Below are positions 1-8,894 of a stretch of DNA of 64,000 nucleotides, one piece after another. This DNA is from a virus (lineage: Duplodnaviria > Caudoviricetes). The position numbers and the translations under genes are program-made. The first letter of the stretch is position 1. Every line of letters starts with the position of its first letter. The notes under the pieces are model-generated. The model was not told where the DNA came from. It searched no databases and saw only the letters and a program-made list of their open reading frames with translations. The DNA is taken from IMG/VR virus record IMGVR_UViG_2687453321_000002, positions 1 to 64,000 of that record; one strand, 5' to 3'.

Positions 1-1122
1 ATGGAACTGTTTGATTCAGAAATAACCTATCGAGGTGATAGGTTAAAGTTAGCGCGTTTAGCTAAGGGCTTATCTGGTGAAGACCTTGCATCTGTGCTAG
101 GCGTAACAAAGCAGTATATTAGCAAACTTGAACGTGGCTTTACTCCAAGCAGCGCTATGGTGGCTACTTTGGCTGATTACTTAAATGTCGATGAGGGATT
201 TTTCTTTACGGAAAGGAGAATGCCTCTTGATAGTGAGAACTGTCATTTTAGAAGTAAGAAATCGCGTACCCAGACTTTAACTAACTGCGTCCTTTCGCGT
301 GCAGAAATTCTTGATGTTTTAGTGGGGAATATTGAAGAGGAAATAGAGCTTCCAGCACTGAATATTCCGGATATTTCCCATATGCCTCTATCTAATGATA
401 CTGACATTGAGCGAGTTTCAGAAGAGTGTCGTCGTTATTGGGGGTTAGGTTTAGGCCCTATATCTTCAATGATTAATTTTGTTGAAAGTATAGGTGTTGT
501 CGTTGCGCATGTATCTGGAGTGGATGATAGAGTTGACGCTTTTACTGTGCATAATAAACGACCATTGATAATAAGAAATAGTGCTAAAAAAAGCGTATGC
601 CGTTTTCGGTCTGATCTTGGTCATGAGTTAGGTCACCTTGTATTACATGAGGGAATTATTACTGGCGATAAACTGACGGAACATCAAGCTGATCATTTTT
701 CAAGTGCATTTTTAGTTCCAAGGCTGTCATTTATTAAAGAGTTTCCTAAAATGAGAGGAAGCCATTTAGACTGGAATGCATTGGTTGAGTTTAAGGTTCG
801 ATGGAAAATCAGCCTCAGAATGTGTCTCTATCGCGCCTCTGTGCTTGGCATTATAAGTCCTGAGCAAATGAGACGAGGATTTATCCATCTTAATTCTAGA
901 GGTTTTGTTGGTATAGAAAAAGGCGATGATAGAATCCCTAAGGAAGAACCAAGCATAATAGCTAATGCTGTTGGCATGTTAGATGATTATACTTGGAGCT
1001 GTGTATTGGAAAAATCAGCCTTAAAATCATCGTTTGTGAAAGAAGTGTTCTCAATTGATAGACCGCTTTTTGGCGATGATGGGAAATTGGTTTCAATATT
1101 TAAGTATAAGAATTTTGGTTAA
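1..1122 (+). CDS. XRE HTH fused to ImmA/IrrE (DUF955) metallopeptidase
   Basis: N-terminal RLKLARLAKGLSGEDLA..ISKLE HTH; HExxH motif GHELGH; later EHQADHFSSAFL; AT-rich moron convergent with int. Confidence 0.9.
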   Translation: MELFDSEITYRGDRLKLARLAKGLSGEDLASVLGVTKQYISKLERGFTPSSAMVATLADYLNVDEGFFFTERRMPLDSENCHFRSKKSRTQTLTNCVLSRAEILDVLVGNIEEEIELPALNIPDISHMPLSNDTDIERVSEECRRYWGLGLGPISSMINFVESIGVVVAHVSGVDDRVDAFTVHNKRPLIIRNSAKKSVCRFRSDLGHELGHLVLHEGIITGDKLTEHQADHFSSAFLVPRLSFIKEFPKMRGSHLDWNALVEFKVRWKISLRMCLYRASVLGIISPEQMRRGFIHLNSRGFVGIEKGDDRIPKEEPSIIANAVGMLDDYTWSCVLEKSALKSSFVKEVFSIDRPLFGDDGKLVSIFKYKNFG

Positions 1123-1128
1123 GTTGAA

Positions 1129-1150
1129 GGACCTCTATGTATCGAGGTCC
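1129..1150. terminator. Hairpin between convergent ImmA gene and int
   Basis: GGACCTC-tatgtatc-GAGGTCC inverted repeat. Confidence 0.45.
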
Positions 1151-1160
1151 AATCTATTTG

Positions 1161-2288
1161 CTAAATGGCTACGACCTTCCATTCTTTACCTCGGGCATCA
1201 TTATAACGATCAGTTTGACGTTGGGATTTGTGCCCTAACAAATCCTTAGTATTGATTTTTTGTTCCCGGTATAAGCGCTCCGCCAGCGAACGGATCTCGT
1301 GAAAGCTGGGAGGGGTACCTTTACTCCAAGACAACCCCGATAGCTCACGGATTTTTTTAAAACTTGTGCTGATAGTGTTGGGCTTAACCATACCTCCCCG
1401 CCTGGCCATTGCCGTATTGTGCGTGTAGTGGACAAGGTAAGGGCTGACGATATGATCCCGGCACTGAGTGATTACCTGTTCCAGGGTCATGCCAATGGCA
1501 TCACAGCGAAGGGATAGCGGGATCGCGACCTTAGCCCCGGTTTTTATCTGTTCAACGTGTAGGTGGCCGTCCCACACGTCAGAAAACTGCATTTTGCTAA
1601 TGTCGCCCTGTCGCTGGGCTGTAACGAGGCCCAGCAACATCGCATTTTTCATGTACTCGAACGGTGGTGGCGTTACGCTAAGCATGGTATTGAATTCATC
1701 TAAGATCATACGTTCACGGCCTATGCGGTTATGTGGATTTTTTGTAGCCTCGGCCGGGTTGTACCCTGGAGGAACTTCGCCGGCGTGCTGGGCTTCTTTG
1801 AAAACATCGATCAGAGTTGTTCTGACGACTTGGGCCATTCTTGAGTGGCCCTGCTTTTTGTAATCATCCAGAATGTCAGCAATATCGCGGGTATCGACAT
1901 CACATATAGGTTTAGAGGCCAATGCGTTACGCATAGCTTTAACGGGTGCTATCTTTTGCTTCACAGTGTTCTCAGAAATTTCATTTGCGGCCTTGCGCTC
2001 CTCCTGGATAACCAGATAACGATCCAGCCATGTTGAAACGCTGATGCTCCCGCCGACCGCACGGCTCAGCTTGTCCCGTACCGCCAGTGTGTTACGCAGC
2101 TGCTGTTCCGATAATCGATTATTGGCTTCAATAGCTATTGCTTTCGCTTCTTCGGCATTTGTCCCTAAACCATGAACAGTTCCTGTGAGCGGATGTTTAT
2201 ATTTCCAATATATGCGCTGTGTTCTTTTATCTGTGCTGCAATACAGCCCTGGGATGTTTAACGCAAATTTACGAGGCCTGCCCATCAT
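1161..2288 (-). CDS. int: Tyrosine integrase (lambda/phage 21/e14 type)
   Basis: Arm-binding N-terminus; catalytic motifs AQRQGD, FHEIRS, LLGHK, DRY. Confidence 0.96.
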   Translation of the reverse strand: MMGRPRKFALNIPGLYCSTDKRTQRIYWKYKHPLTGTVHGLGTNAEEAKAIAIEANNRLSEQQLRNTLAVRDKLSRAVGGSISVSTWLDRYLVIQEERKAANEISENTVKQKIAPVKAMRNALASKPICDVDTRDIADILDDYKKQGHSRMAQVVRTTLIDVFKEAQHAGEVPPGYNPAEATKNPHNRIGRERMILDEFNTMLSVTPPPFEYMKNAMLLGLVTAQRQGDISKMQFSDVWDGHLHVEQIKTGAKVAIPLSLRCDAIGMTLEQVITQCRDHIVSPYLVHYTHNTAMARRGGMVKPNTISTSFKKIRELSGLSWSKGTPPSFHEIRSLAERLYREQKINTKDLLGHKSQRQTDRYNDARGKEWKVVAI

Positions 2289-2514
2289 TTAAAATCCTCA
2301 GCAAACGGGGATCGTCGTTTTTCTTTGTCACAGGTTTGCATGAAAGCCCTATATACCTAGCTCCTTTGTCAACACGCCAATAGCGACCGGCTTTCTTTGC
2401 CGGTGGGTCAATCATGTTGTTTTTTGCATAATGAAGAATGGTTGTGTAACTCGGGCAATCGTCTTCTCCGAACTCCTCTATCGCCCAGTCCATTAATAAC
2501 TGAGTACGTGCCAT
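2269..2514 (-). CDS. xis: Excisionase
   Basis: Small basic protein overlapping int start; PPAKKAGRYWRV and DDPRLLRIL motifs as in e14/21-type Xis. Confidence 0.88.
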   Translation of the reverse strand: MARTQLLMDWAIEEFGEDDCPSYTTILHYAKNNMIDPPAKKAGRYWRVDKGARYIGLSCKPVTKKNDDPRLLRILNDGQAS

Positions 2515-2590
2515 TGGTCATACCTCGAACGATATAACCGACCAGCAGGGTAACTTGCTGGCCGGTAAATTTTTGACTTTAAAAAATCAG

Positions 2591-3094
2591 TTATCGGACT
2601 TGCAAAGAGCGAGGGCCGGTTTCAAGGTGTGCGCCTTTAATCTCAGTGCCGGCCAAGATTGCTTTTTTAAGCTCATCTTTCTTTACCTTATTAACCACTT
2701 CAGTGAATGACTCTACGAACTCATCCGGTAGTAATTCCTCGTCATCGATAACCAGCGATTGCGAACCTTTACGAGCTGTAAAGGTGTTCAGATCGGTTTT
2801 AATCGTGTCAGAACCTGATGTTAGCAAGCATTCAAGTATATATTTTTTAAGCAGCCCCGCCTGGTTCTCCCAGCTCTTCTTGCGGGCTGCGAGACGCTTA
2901 GATTCAGCATCGCAAACATTGGCTTGGCCCTCAAAACCACGTACAACGGCTATGGTCGCATCCAGCTTGTCGCCGATCATGCCTTCCAACCCTTCGAGGG
3001 TGTCCTTTATCATCTCTGGGGTAAGCTCGCCATCTTCGGCCAATGCCTGAAGCTTTTTCATTTCGATTGCTAAATCGATAGTTCTGGTGCTCAT
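2591..3094 (-). CDS. Siphovirus Gp157 family protein
   Basis: Coiled-coil N-terminus; LVIDDEELLPDEF and IKGAHLE..SLQVR C-terminal motifs. Confidence 0.85.
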   Translation of the reverse strand: MSTRTIDLAIEMKKLQALAEDGELTPEMIKDTLEGLEGMIGDKLDATIAVVRGFEGQANVCDAESKRLAARKKSWENQAGLLKKYILECLLTSGSDTIKTDLNTFTARKGSQSLVIDDEELLPDEFVESFTEVVNKVKKDELKKAILAGTEIKGAHLETGPRSLQVR

Positions 3095-5205
3095 TATTTT
3101 TTCTCCTCTTCAAATTTAGCCAGACATTCAACCTTAATTTCCTCCAGCCGGGTCAGGCGGCTTTCGAGGTATTTAACATGTTCCGTATCTGCAACAGCCT
3201 TGGCGCTCTTAATATGAGAACCAATTACACGAGTAAGGGATGAGCAAATTTTTGTCACTTCATTGCTTGTAACCGCTTCTCGCATCGTTTTTGTATTGGC
3301 CTTAAAACGTTCGTCCAATTCTTTTCTTAATCGGACGGAGTCGTCAGCCTTGGCACTGGCATTTTTTATGTTGTGCTCATATTCGTTTTCTTGTGTGTAT
3401 TCGTTATCTTCGAACATACCCAAATAAACATCAGCGCTAAATCCAAGCGATGACAGGGCTTTTGTTGTGGCATCAGTGAGGCTTTTTTTGCTTGGTTCCT
3501 CTTCAACGCTCAGACCAAACTTACTTGCATACAGGTATTTGGTGTGGCCGTATGCGATGATCTCTCCGCGTGCACCAGCATGGATGTACCAGAGCATTAT
3601 CTTCATCGTGTGATTGAGAGACGTAAGGATTTTTCCATCCCCATCACGCATGACTTTCTTACCTGTTTCACGGCCGGCGCTATCAATAATGCCTTCCATT
3701 AAAGGGATGCCGGGATCGAAGCGTTCTTCCAGCACATCAACGCCCCAACCAATACCGAATGGGCCGAATATTTCCGTGGCGCGCATATATTGGTATGTCG
3801 GCCGAATGCTCGTTACTGTGCGAATAACTTTTCCGCTATTGTCGCGGGTGTCTTTCCGTTTAGTTCGAGCTGGGTCAGTCCGCTGAACGCGTTTCCAAAT
3901 ATCGAGGTTTTTCGCTGCATCGCCTTCTTTGGAGTCCAGCTCTTTTTCGAGTACAGATGCGCGAGTTTGGAAATCGTCTGTGGTAATTTCATCGTCAGCG
4001 GTTGGTGCTTTATTTTCAGATTGCACCGCTGCTTTAGCTGTCGTTACAGATTGGGAAGGGGTAACCAGAGCTTCATCGGCTGGTTCAATCGTTTTTTCCG
4101 AATTCCCCATCAATCCGTCAATGCTAAATTTGCCATCACCCAGGCTCTGTACTTTGAGCGATTCATCCTGGCCTGATGGCTCTTTTTGCTGGCTGTCAGC
4201 GGCCTTGCTTGCCGTATTTAAGGCTGGCTTTTCTTCTGCTTCAAAAGTCATCCCACAGCGTTCAGAGAGGCATTTGTGAATGAATTTCCGCCTCATGTCC
4301 GGGTTTGTGGAAAACTCGGGATATGAAAGCCCAGCGGTGATCATTTTGAAAATGATTTCGCGATCGATGTCGAGTATGCCGACAATAACCCGCAAGGACA
4401 TACTCCATGCCCGCCATGTTTGATCTCGCTGGTTGATCAACTCCTTTGCTGCCGTTACATCTGCCGCTTTGGCGTGTAATGGATTAACGCCTTTGATTGC
4501 TAATGCGATTTCATTGTCGAGCATGTCGTAAGTGCGAGTAACGGTCACATCTTTATTAGCGGCTGCTGGTGTCCTGTCGGCATTTGCGGTTTGTACCCAG
4601 GTATCTGCAAACTTTTTGACCTCTGGCCATGTTGTCATCGCCGGTGATTTCGCCTGGATAGCTTCAATCAACTTTTCCACCGAGGTAACCAGCATTGACT
4701 TAACTTGTGGTACGCGGGGCAGAGCATCAACAATCGCGCGCAGACGTTGTTCAGCCTCGTCATCGTTGATCAGGTCATATGCGTTAGAAAGGTGCTCCAT
4801 ATCGACAGCATCAGGCTCTGCGCCGTACATCAAGATATATGCGACCCGGACGTCGATAGGCAGTTCGAAAATCGTTTTTGACGATGTGAGTCCTGCCTCA
4901 CCATTTCCATCCTGCTCTGGAAGCTCGATTGCCTCGTATTCTTTAGTTTCTTCATTCCACTGATTTTTAGTCATCCAATCAGCGTCGAATTGATCAACGG
5001 GCGGCCGTGGTAGCCCTTCGCGATCAGCGCAAATTTTGGGTTTGAAAAAGTTACTGGTGGAATTGGGGAAAGCCTCTTCCAGTAGCATTGTCGCTTTCAT
5101 TTCTGCCAGCTTGGCGTTCTTGGCCTCAACGGCAATTGCTAATGCAACGGTGCCATTTGCCGCAGCTGATTTTTTAGGGGGGAACCCACACGTAAATAAA
5201 GGCAT
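3094..5205 (-). CDS. Recombination protein: RecE-like N-terminal region fused to Rad52/Sak-like annealase domain
   Basis: N-terminus resembles exonuclease VIII N-domain (AVEAKNAK..FFKP..FDADW); C-terminus has TDP..TK, ATEIFGPFGIGWG, KKSLTDA..KALS.LGFSADVYLG typical of Rad52/22-like SSAPs. Confidence 0.65.
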   Translation of the reverse strand: MPLFTCGFPPKKSAAANGTVALAIAVEAKNAKLAEMKATMLLEEAFPNSTSNFFKPKICADREGLPRPPVDQFDADWMTKNQWNEETKEYEAIELPEQDGNGEAGLTSSKTIFELPIDVRVAYILMYGAEPDAVDMEHLSNAYDLINDDEAEQRLRAIVDALPRVPQVKSMLVTSVEKLIEAIQAKSPAMTTWPEVKKFADTWVQTANADRTPAAANKDVTVTRTYDMLDNEIALAIKGVNPLHAKAADVTAAKELINQRDQTWRAWSMSLRVIVGILDIDREIIFKMITAGLSYPEFSTNPDMRRKFIHKCLSERCGMTFEAEEKPALNTASKAADSQQKEPSGQDESLKVQSLGDGKFSIDGLMGNSEKTIEPADEALVTPSQSVTTAKAAVQSENKAPTADDEITTDDFQTRASVLEKELDSKEGDAAKNLDIWKRVQRTDPARTKRKDTRDNSGKVIRTVTSIRPTYQYMRATEIFGPFGIGWGVDVLEERFDPGIPLMEGIIDSAGRETGKKVMRDGDGKILTSLNHTMKIMLWYIHAGARGEIIAYGHTKYLYASKFGLSVEEEPSKKSLTDATTKALSSLGFSADVYLGMFEDNEYTQENEYEHNIKNASAKADDSVRLRKELDERFKANTKTMREAVTSNEVTKICSSLTRVIGSHIKSAKAVADTEHVKYLESRLTRLEEIKVECLAKFEEEKK

Positions 5206-5219
5206 TGGTCATTCCTCGC

Positions 5220-5540
5220 TTACATTTCTTTGGAAATAGATTTATGAGCTGTGATTAACTCGTTGAGAACTGCGTTGGGTAAAACATGGCGTAATGAAAT
5301 TGCGTCACAGTTCTTTACTTGCTCGACAGCCAATGAAAGCAACTCTTCGACGGTAATGAAACCGACTTCCACCAGGTCTTTAACGGTTGAAATAACCGCA
5401 TTATTAGATGTGGTGATAATTGCCTGCATTGGGTGGTCGCTTTCTGAACTGATAATGTTCACCGAGCAGGCTAAAACGCTAAAGGTTGTCTTTCTCATCT
5501 GGATCTCGCTATACTTATGGCGTCCAGTGGTGGAAGCCAT
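5220..5540 (-). CDS. Hypothetical early protein
   Basis: 106-aa ORF starting at an exact barcode copy. Confidence 0.6.
   Translation of the reverse strand: MASTTGRHKYSEIQMRKTTFSVLACSVNIISSESDHPMQAIITTSNNAVISTVKDLVEVGFITVEELLSLAVEQVKNCDAISLRHVLPNAVLNELITAHKSISKEM
5486..5515 (+). promoter_or_regulatory. Candidate sigma70 promoter for an antisense RNA
   Basis: TTGTCT(5486-5491)-18 nt-TATACT(5510-5515), opposite to the leftward operon. Confidence 0.5.
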
Positions 5541-5634
5541 TGGTCATACCTCGCAGGAGTCGGTTTGGTCGCTGACTCCGCCGTCACCGGGACGTTAAGC
5601 CGGTAGACTGGCCCGCCTTGTGCGGGCCTTTTTT
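5522..5634 (+). ncRNA. Candidate ~113-nt antisense sRNA carrying the complement of the start-associated repeat
   Basis: Upstream promoter; hairpins 5524-5543 and 5556-5579 with G.U pairs only on + strand; single-stranded TCATACCTCG; + strand intrinsic terminator. Confidence 0.5.
5610..5634 (+). terminator. Rho-independent terminator oriented rightward inside the leftward operon
   Basis: GGCCCGC-cttgt-GCGGGCC-TTTTTT; no U-tail on the minus strand. Confidence 0.8.
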
Positions 5635-5639
5635 ACTTT

Positions 5640-6077
5640 CTAATCGCAATAACTACGGTTGCAGTGAGGGCAACCAGTAACCAGTTGAGAACCTGCGCGA
5701 CGTACTGAAATACCAGTGACCGAAATTCCATTATCCATGCGTGCGTAAATATCCTTTTTGCAGCGAAAGCAAATTCCATCTAACGGGGCAAAATGAGGAG
5801 CGCGGCTTTCTTCACAGTATTTTTTTTGAGCTAAGCACGATGACTCGGAGTCGAATGCATTTTCAACGTCCAAAAACTCAATGCCTGCTGGAGTTGCGAT
5901 AGCGCCGAAAAATGGAACTTGGTCGCTACCGTCACCCTCATACGCCATTGGTTTGCAAATGTTTATGTATTCTGGGTGAAGCTTCTGTATTTCACGTAGT
6001 TGCATGGCGATGTGGCGAGCATATATATCAGCTCCACCACGAATGCTATCTAATGCATCAATTAGTCGCTGTTCCAT
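5640..6077 (-). CDS. Hypothetical protein with C-terminal Cys-rich (Zn-finger-like) domain
   Basis: CFRC...GCPHCNRSYCD; SD AAGGAG upstream. Confidence 0.65.
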   Translation of the reverse strand: MEQRLIDALDSIRGGADIYARHIAMQLREIQKLHPEYINICKPMAYEGDGSDQVPFFGAIATPAGIEFLDVENAFDSESSCLAQKKYCEESRAPHFAPLDGICFRCKKDIYARMDNGISVTGISVRRAGSQLVTGCPHCNRSYCD

Positions 6078-6199
6078 ATTCTTCTCCTTTTGTTATTAAA
6101 ATGCGCCCTGCGAGTTGACGCCCCGGATGGGAAACGCTGGACGCATATCAATAACTTCAAAAAGCCCCGCCAGCGACGGCGGGGAAGACTACACAGCAA

Positions 6200-6493
6200 T
6201 TACTGGATGGATAACACGCTGATATTTAATGAGCGAATGCCGGCTTTGGGGGGGATTAGATCGATAGTTTCGCCAAGAGGTATACGCTCAAAACGACGGA
6301 TAACAGCTTCAATCGCACACATTTCGCAATGCTCGTAACCAATATCTTTGCCATTGTGGGTGATAGCGAAAGGATGCTGGTTTTGATGCTCATTTTCGGG
6401 CAGGGCGATGTAACCGGCGGTTTCGTCATTTGAAAACACTTTAGCTACGTTTTTGCTGACCAGCGCTAATTTGAAAATTATTTCCTTGCTCAT
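6200..6493 (-). CDS. Hypothetical early protein
   Basis: 97-aa ORF preceded by barcode variant CGGAGTACGACCAATG. Confidence 0.6.
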   Translation of the reverse strand: MSKEIIFKLALVSKNVAKVFSNDETAGYIALPENEHQNQHPFAITHNGKDIGYEHCEMCAIEAVIRRFERIPLGETIDLIPPKAGIRSLNISVLSIQ

Positions 6494-6639
6494 TGGTCGT
6501 ACTCCGATTTTAGGTAATGGTGATCCGTAGCTAAATTAATTAGCTAGAGAAAAATTAAATTAGGTGCCGGTTACGTTTCCGGCGTCGTATTACCTACCTC
6601 TACGGGCGGAATATACGACCGTTCCCTGGTGTTGCATTT

Positions 6640-6837
6640 TCAATGAGTGCCGGCAGGCTCGAAATAAGGTGGAACGCTGCGAGCCTCGAACGCTGACTTG
6701 ATTGCCCGAAGATTGCCGGTAGGTTCGAACCGATATACTTTGCAGTGAATATCGTAATGAGCCATCCATGCAGCGCCGGTGCGTTTATTACGGTATCTGG
6801 CTTGCTTGCCGCTATGTGGAATAGTTGTATTGATCAT
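6640..6837 (-). CDS. Hypothetical early protein
   Basis: 65-aa ORF starting at an exact barcode copy. Confidence 0.65.
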   Translation of the reverse strand: MINTTIPHSGKQARYRNKRTGAAWMAHYDIHCKVYRFEPTGNLRAIKSAFEARSVPPYFEPAGTH

Positions 6838-6880
6838 TGGTCATACCTCGGAGATTCTCCGCGCTTTATCGCGGTGGGTG

Positions 6881-7075
6881 TTATAACTTCGGCAGTTCGC
6901 GGAATTTACCGTAACTGGACTGATCAACAAAAATGCTGATTTCATCCCCTTGATCATCGATAACACGCACGCACTTTCCATCAGAGCAAGTGCTTTCGAT
7001 GTCATATTGCTTACCAGCGGTAAGGTAGCCGACAGCCTCTTCGCTTGGGGTGATACATAGGACTGTTGCTTTCAT
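6881..7075 (-). CDS. Hypothetical protein, first full gene of pL operon
   Basis: MKATVLC.. start coupled (ATGA) to an 11-codon leader ORF 7072-7107. Confidence 0.55.
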   Translation of the reverse strand: MKATVLCITPSEEAVGYLTAGKQYDIESTCSDGKCVRVIDDQGDEISIFVDQSSYGKFRELPKL

Positions 7076-7178
7076 CGTGTAACCCTCTGCCGTGTAGTGA
7101 AATCCATTGGTCATACCTCGCCGTCTTTCCGGCTGTCAGAACTTTGTACCTGAGCACTGCTGTGCTGTTGATGTGTTG

Positions 7179-7218
7179 ATTAAATATCATATTTATATAA
7201 GTGTCAATATTATATTTA
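7179..7218 (-). promoter_or_regulatory. pL promoter with operators
   Basis: TTGACA-17-TTTAAT on minus strand; palindromes TAAATA-N3-TATTTA at 7181-7195 and variant 7204-7218. Confidence 0.7.
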
Positions 7219-7284
7219 TAGTCTTTCTGGAGATGAAAAAAAACCGCCACAGGGGCGGTGAGTAACTTTCTGATTTTTAGAGAG

Positions 7285-7857
7285 TTATCCTCTCATTTTT
7301 TTTAGTTCCTCGAACATGCTGTCGTAAAAATCAGCCTGCTTTTTTACATTCTCTAGAAATTCTTGCTTGGCTTTGCTTGTAAGCTTATGAAAGTAAAATA
7401 AAAGTTCTTTATCTTCATCATTTAGCTTTGTTGGCGAAACAGAACTATTACCGGCATCTAAGTGATTGAAAGGTAATCCATAATCTTGCTCAATCCGCCT
7501 GGCAGTTTTATCAGTGAAGGCGGCTTTCCCATTAACTAGATCTTCAAAAAATCCAGCTTCTTCTTCGGGGAATCCAGGCTCGCTAAACCAATCAGCAAGG
7601 CGTTTGGCTCGATGCGCGTTCAACTCATGGAGTTCGGGGCCACCTTCCAATATCCAATCCACCGATACGCCAGTAGCCGCGGCAATCTTCTTAGCGGAGG
7701 CTTTTCCAACCTCACCCCGATTGAACCAGCCATTAACGGCCTGAGCACTGACTCCTGCCATACGCGCAAGATCAGCTTTTTTCAGGTCTTTCATATGCAT
7801 AAGAAGAGCCATGCGCTCTTCGAATGCTAACACTGGATTCGATATTTTTTCTTTCAT
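7285..7857 (-). CDS. cI: CI-like repressor (HTH, no S24 peptidase; DicA-like C-terminus)
   Basis: KKADLARMAGVSAQAVNGWF HTH, divergent from cro; no Ala-Gly/Ser/Lys peptidase domain. Confidence 0.85.
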   Translation of the reverse strand: MKEKISNPVLAFEERMALLMHMKDLKKADLARMAGVSAQAVNGWFNRGEVGKASAKKIAAATGVSVDWILEGGPELHELNAHRAKRLADWFSEPGFPEEEAGFFEDLVNGKAAFTDKTARRIEQDYGLPFNHLDAGNSSVSPTKLNDEDKELLFYFHKLTSKAKQEFLENVKKQADFYDSMFEELKKMRG

Positions 7858-7867
7858 TTCATGATTA

Positions 7868-7933
7868 TAAACATTAGGTTTAATGCATCAACTACATATT
7901 TTGTTGACATTCTTTATAAATAAATTATTTAAT
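7868..7933 (+). promoter_or_regulatory. pR/OR region
   Basis: TTGACA(7904-7909)-18-TTTAAT; operators TAAACA-tta-GGTTTA (7868-7882) and TAAATA-aat-TATTTA (7917-7931) matching OL. Confidence 0.7.
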
Positions 7934-7950
7934 GTCCGTGTCGTTAACCT

Positions 7951-8208
7951 ATGGAGTCCAAAATGACAGTGCTAGACGAAGTAATTAAAAACTTTAGGAG
8001 TGCTTCTGGTTTAGCTAAGGCGCTAGAAGTAACACCTATGACCGTAAGCCAATGGAGGCATCGAGATAAGGGGAAAGTGCCAGAACGACACTTGATGAAA
8101 ATTTACGAACTCACGGGGATTACCCCCCATGAACTTCGGCCGGATATTCATCCTAACCCTACGTCCGGATTGCCACTGAATATCAACAATAGCATCGCGG
8201 ACGATTAA
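7951..8208 (+). CDS. cro: Cro-like regulator (YdaS/Cro family)
   Basis: LAKALEVTPMTVSQW HTH and TPHELRPDIHPNP motif. Confidence 0.85.
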   Translation: MESKMTVLDEVIKNFRSASGLAKALEVTPMTVSQWRHRDKGKVPERHLMKIYELTGITPHELRPDIHPNPTSGLPLNINNSIADD

Positions 8209-8218
8209 GGACTGACTT

Positions 8219-8650
8219 ATGGAAATCAATTATGAAGCGATCTGCATTGAGCTACGCCGCTGGGCCAATGCGACAAAACGGGAAACGGTGGCTGCGGAGA
8301 TTACTCAGCACTATTTCGAGTTAGGTGGCGGTGATCTGCCTTTGTATCCGATCGAGGCTCCTGGGGCGACACATAACAACATGCAAAATATTTTCCGCTG
8401 GTTGGATAGTGGCAGCAGGAAAGCGAAAGTAAAAATCGAAGCCTTAAAGCCTGCAATTTTGAAGGCGTTGGAGCAGCGGCGTTACGGAACAATCCAGTAT
8501 CAGGTGGCAAGGGCACAAAAGGAATTTGCTGAGGCCGTCAGTGCCGCACTGCTGGAGTTGCCGGAAGCGGACGAGGAAATCAACGACGCAATAGAAGCGT
8601 TGCATGTGTTACGAAGCAGACCGCATAGCGGCATTTACTGCCGGGGATAA
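8219..8650 (+). CDS. CII-like / YdaT family protein
   Basis: Position after cro; ELRRWA..ETVAAEIT..QNIFRWLD resembles YdaT. Confidence 0.65.
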   Translation: MEINYEAICIELRRWANATKRETVAAEITQHYFELGGGDLPLYPIEAPGATHNNMQNIFRWLDSGSRKAKVKIEALKPAILKALEQRRYGTIQYQVARAQKEFAEAVSAALLELPEADEEINDAIEALHVLRSRPHSGIYCRG

Positions 8651-8663
8651 CGAGGTATGACCA

Positions 8664-8894
8664 ATGGCTAATTTTACGAAAGAACAGGTCGAGGTGCAGA
8701 TCCGCGATCAATTGGTGCGTGAAGGTATTTCAATCGATGTGGCTCGTTCGGCGGCAATGCGTGGTGCTAATCATTACGCGAGCCGGCCAAATGCAACTAT
8801 CGCAAGCAGTATAGCGATCGCCAAAACCTATGCGAAACCATTAAAGCGTGTGAAAGGGAAGCCAAATTGCAACGCCAATTCTCGCAAAAGGTAA
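8664..8894 (+). CDS. Hypothetical protein
   Basis: 76-aa ORF starting at an exact barcode copy. Confidence 0.6.
   Translation: MANFTKEQVEVQIRDQLVREGISIDVARSAAMRGANHYASRPNATIASSIAIAKTYAKPLKRVKGKPNCNANSRKR

Noticed and set aside
5251-5598. 115-aa + strand ORF as the reason for the rightward terminator
   Set aside because: Shadow of the minus-strand gene with no convincing SD or family; the promoter at 5486-5515 fits a short RNA better, though this is not excluded
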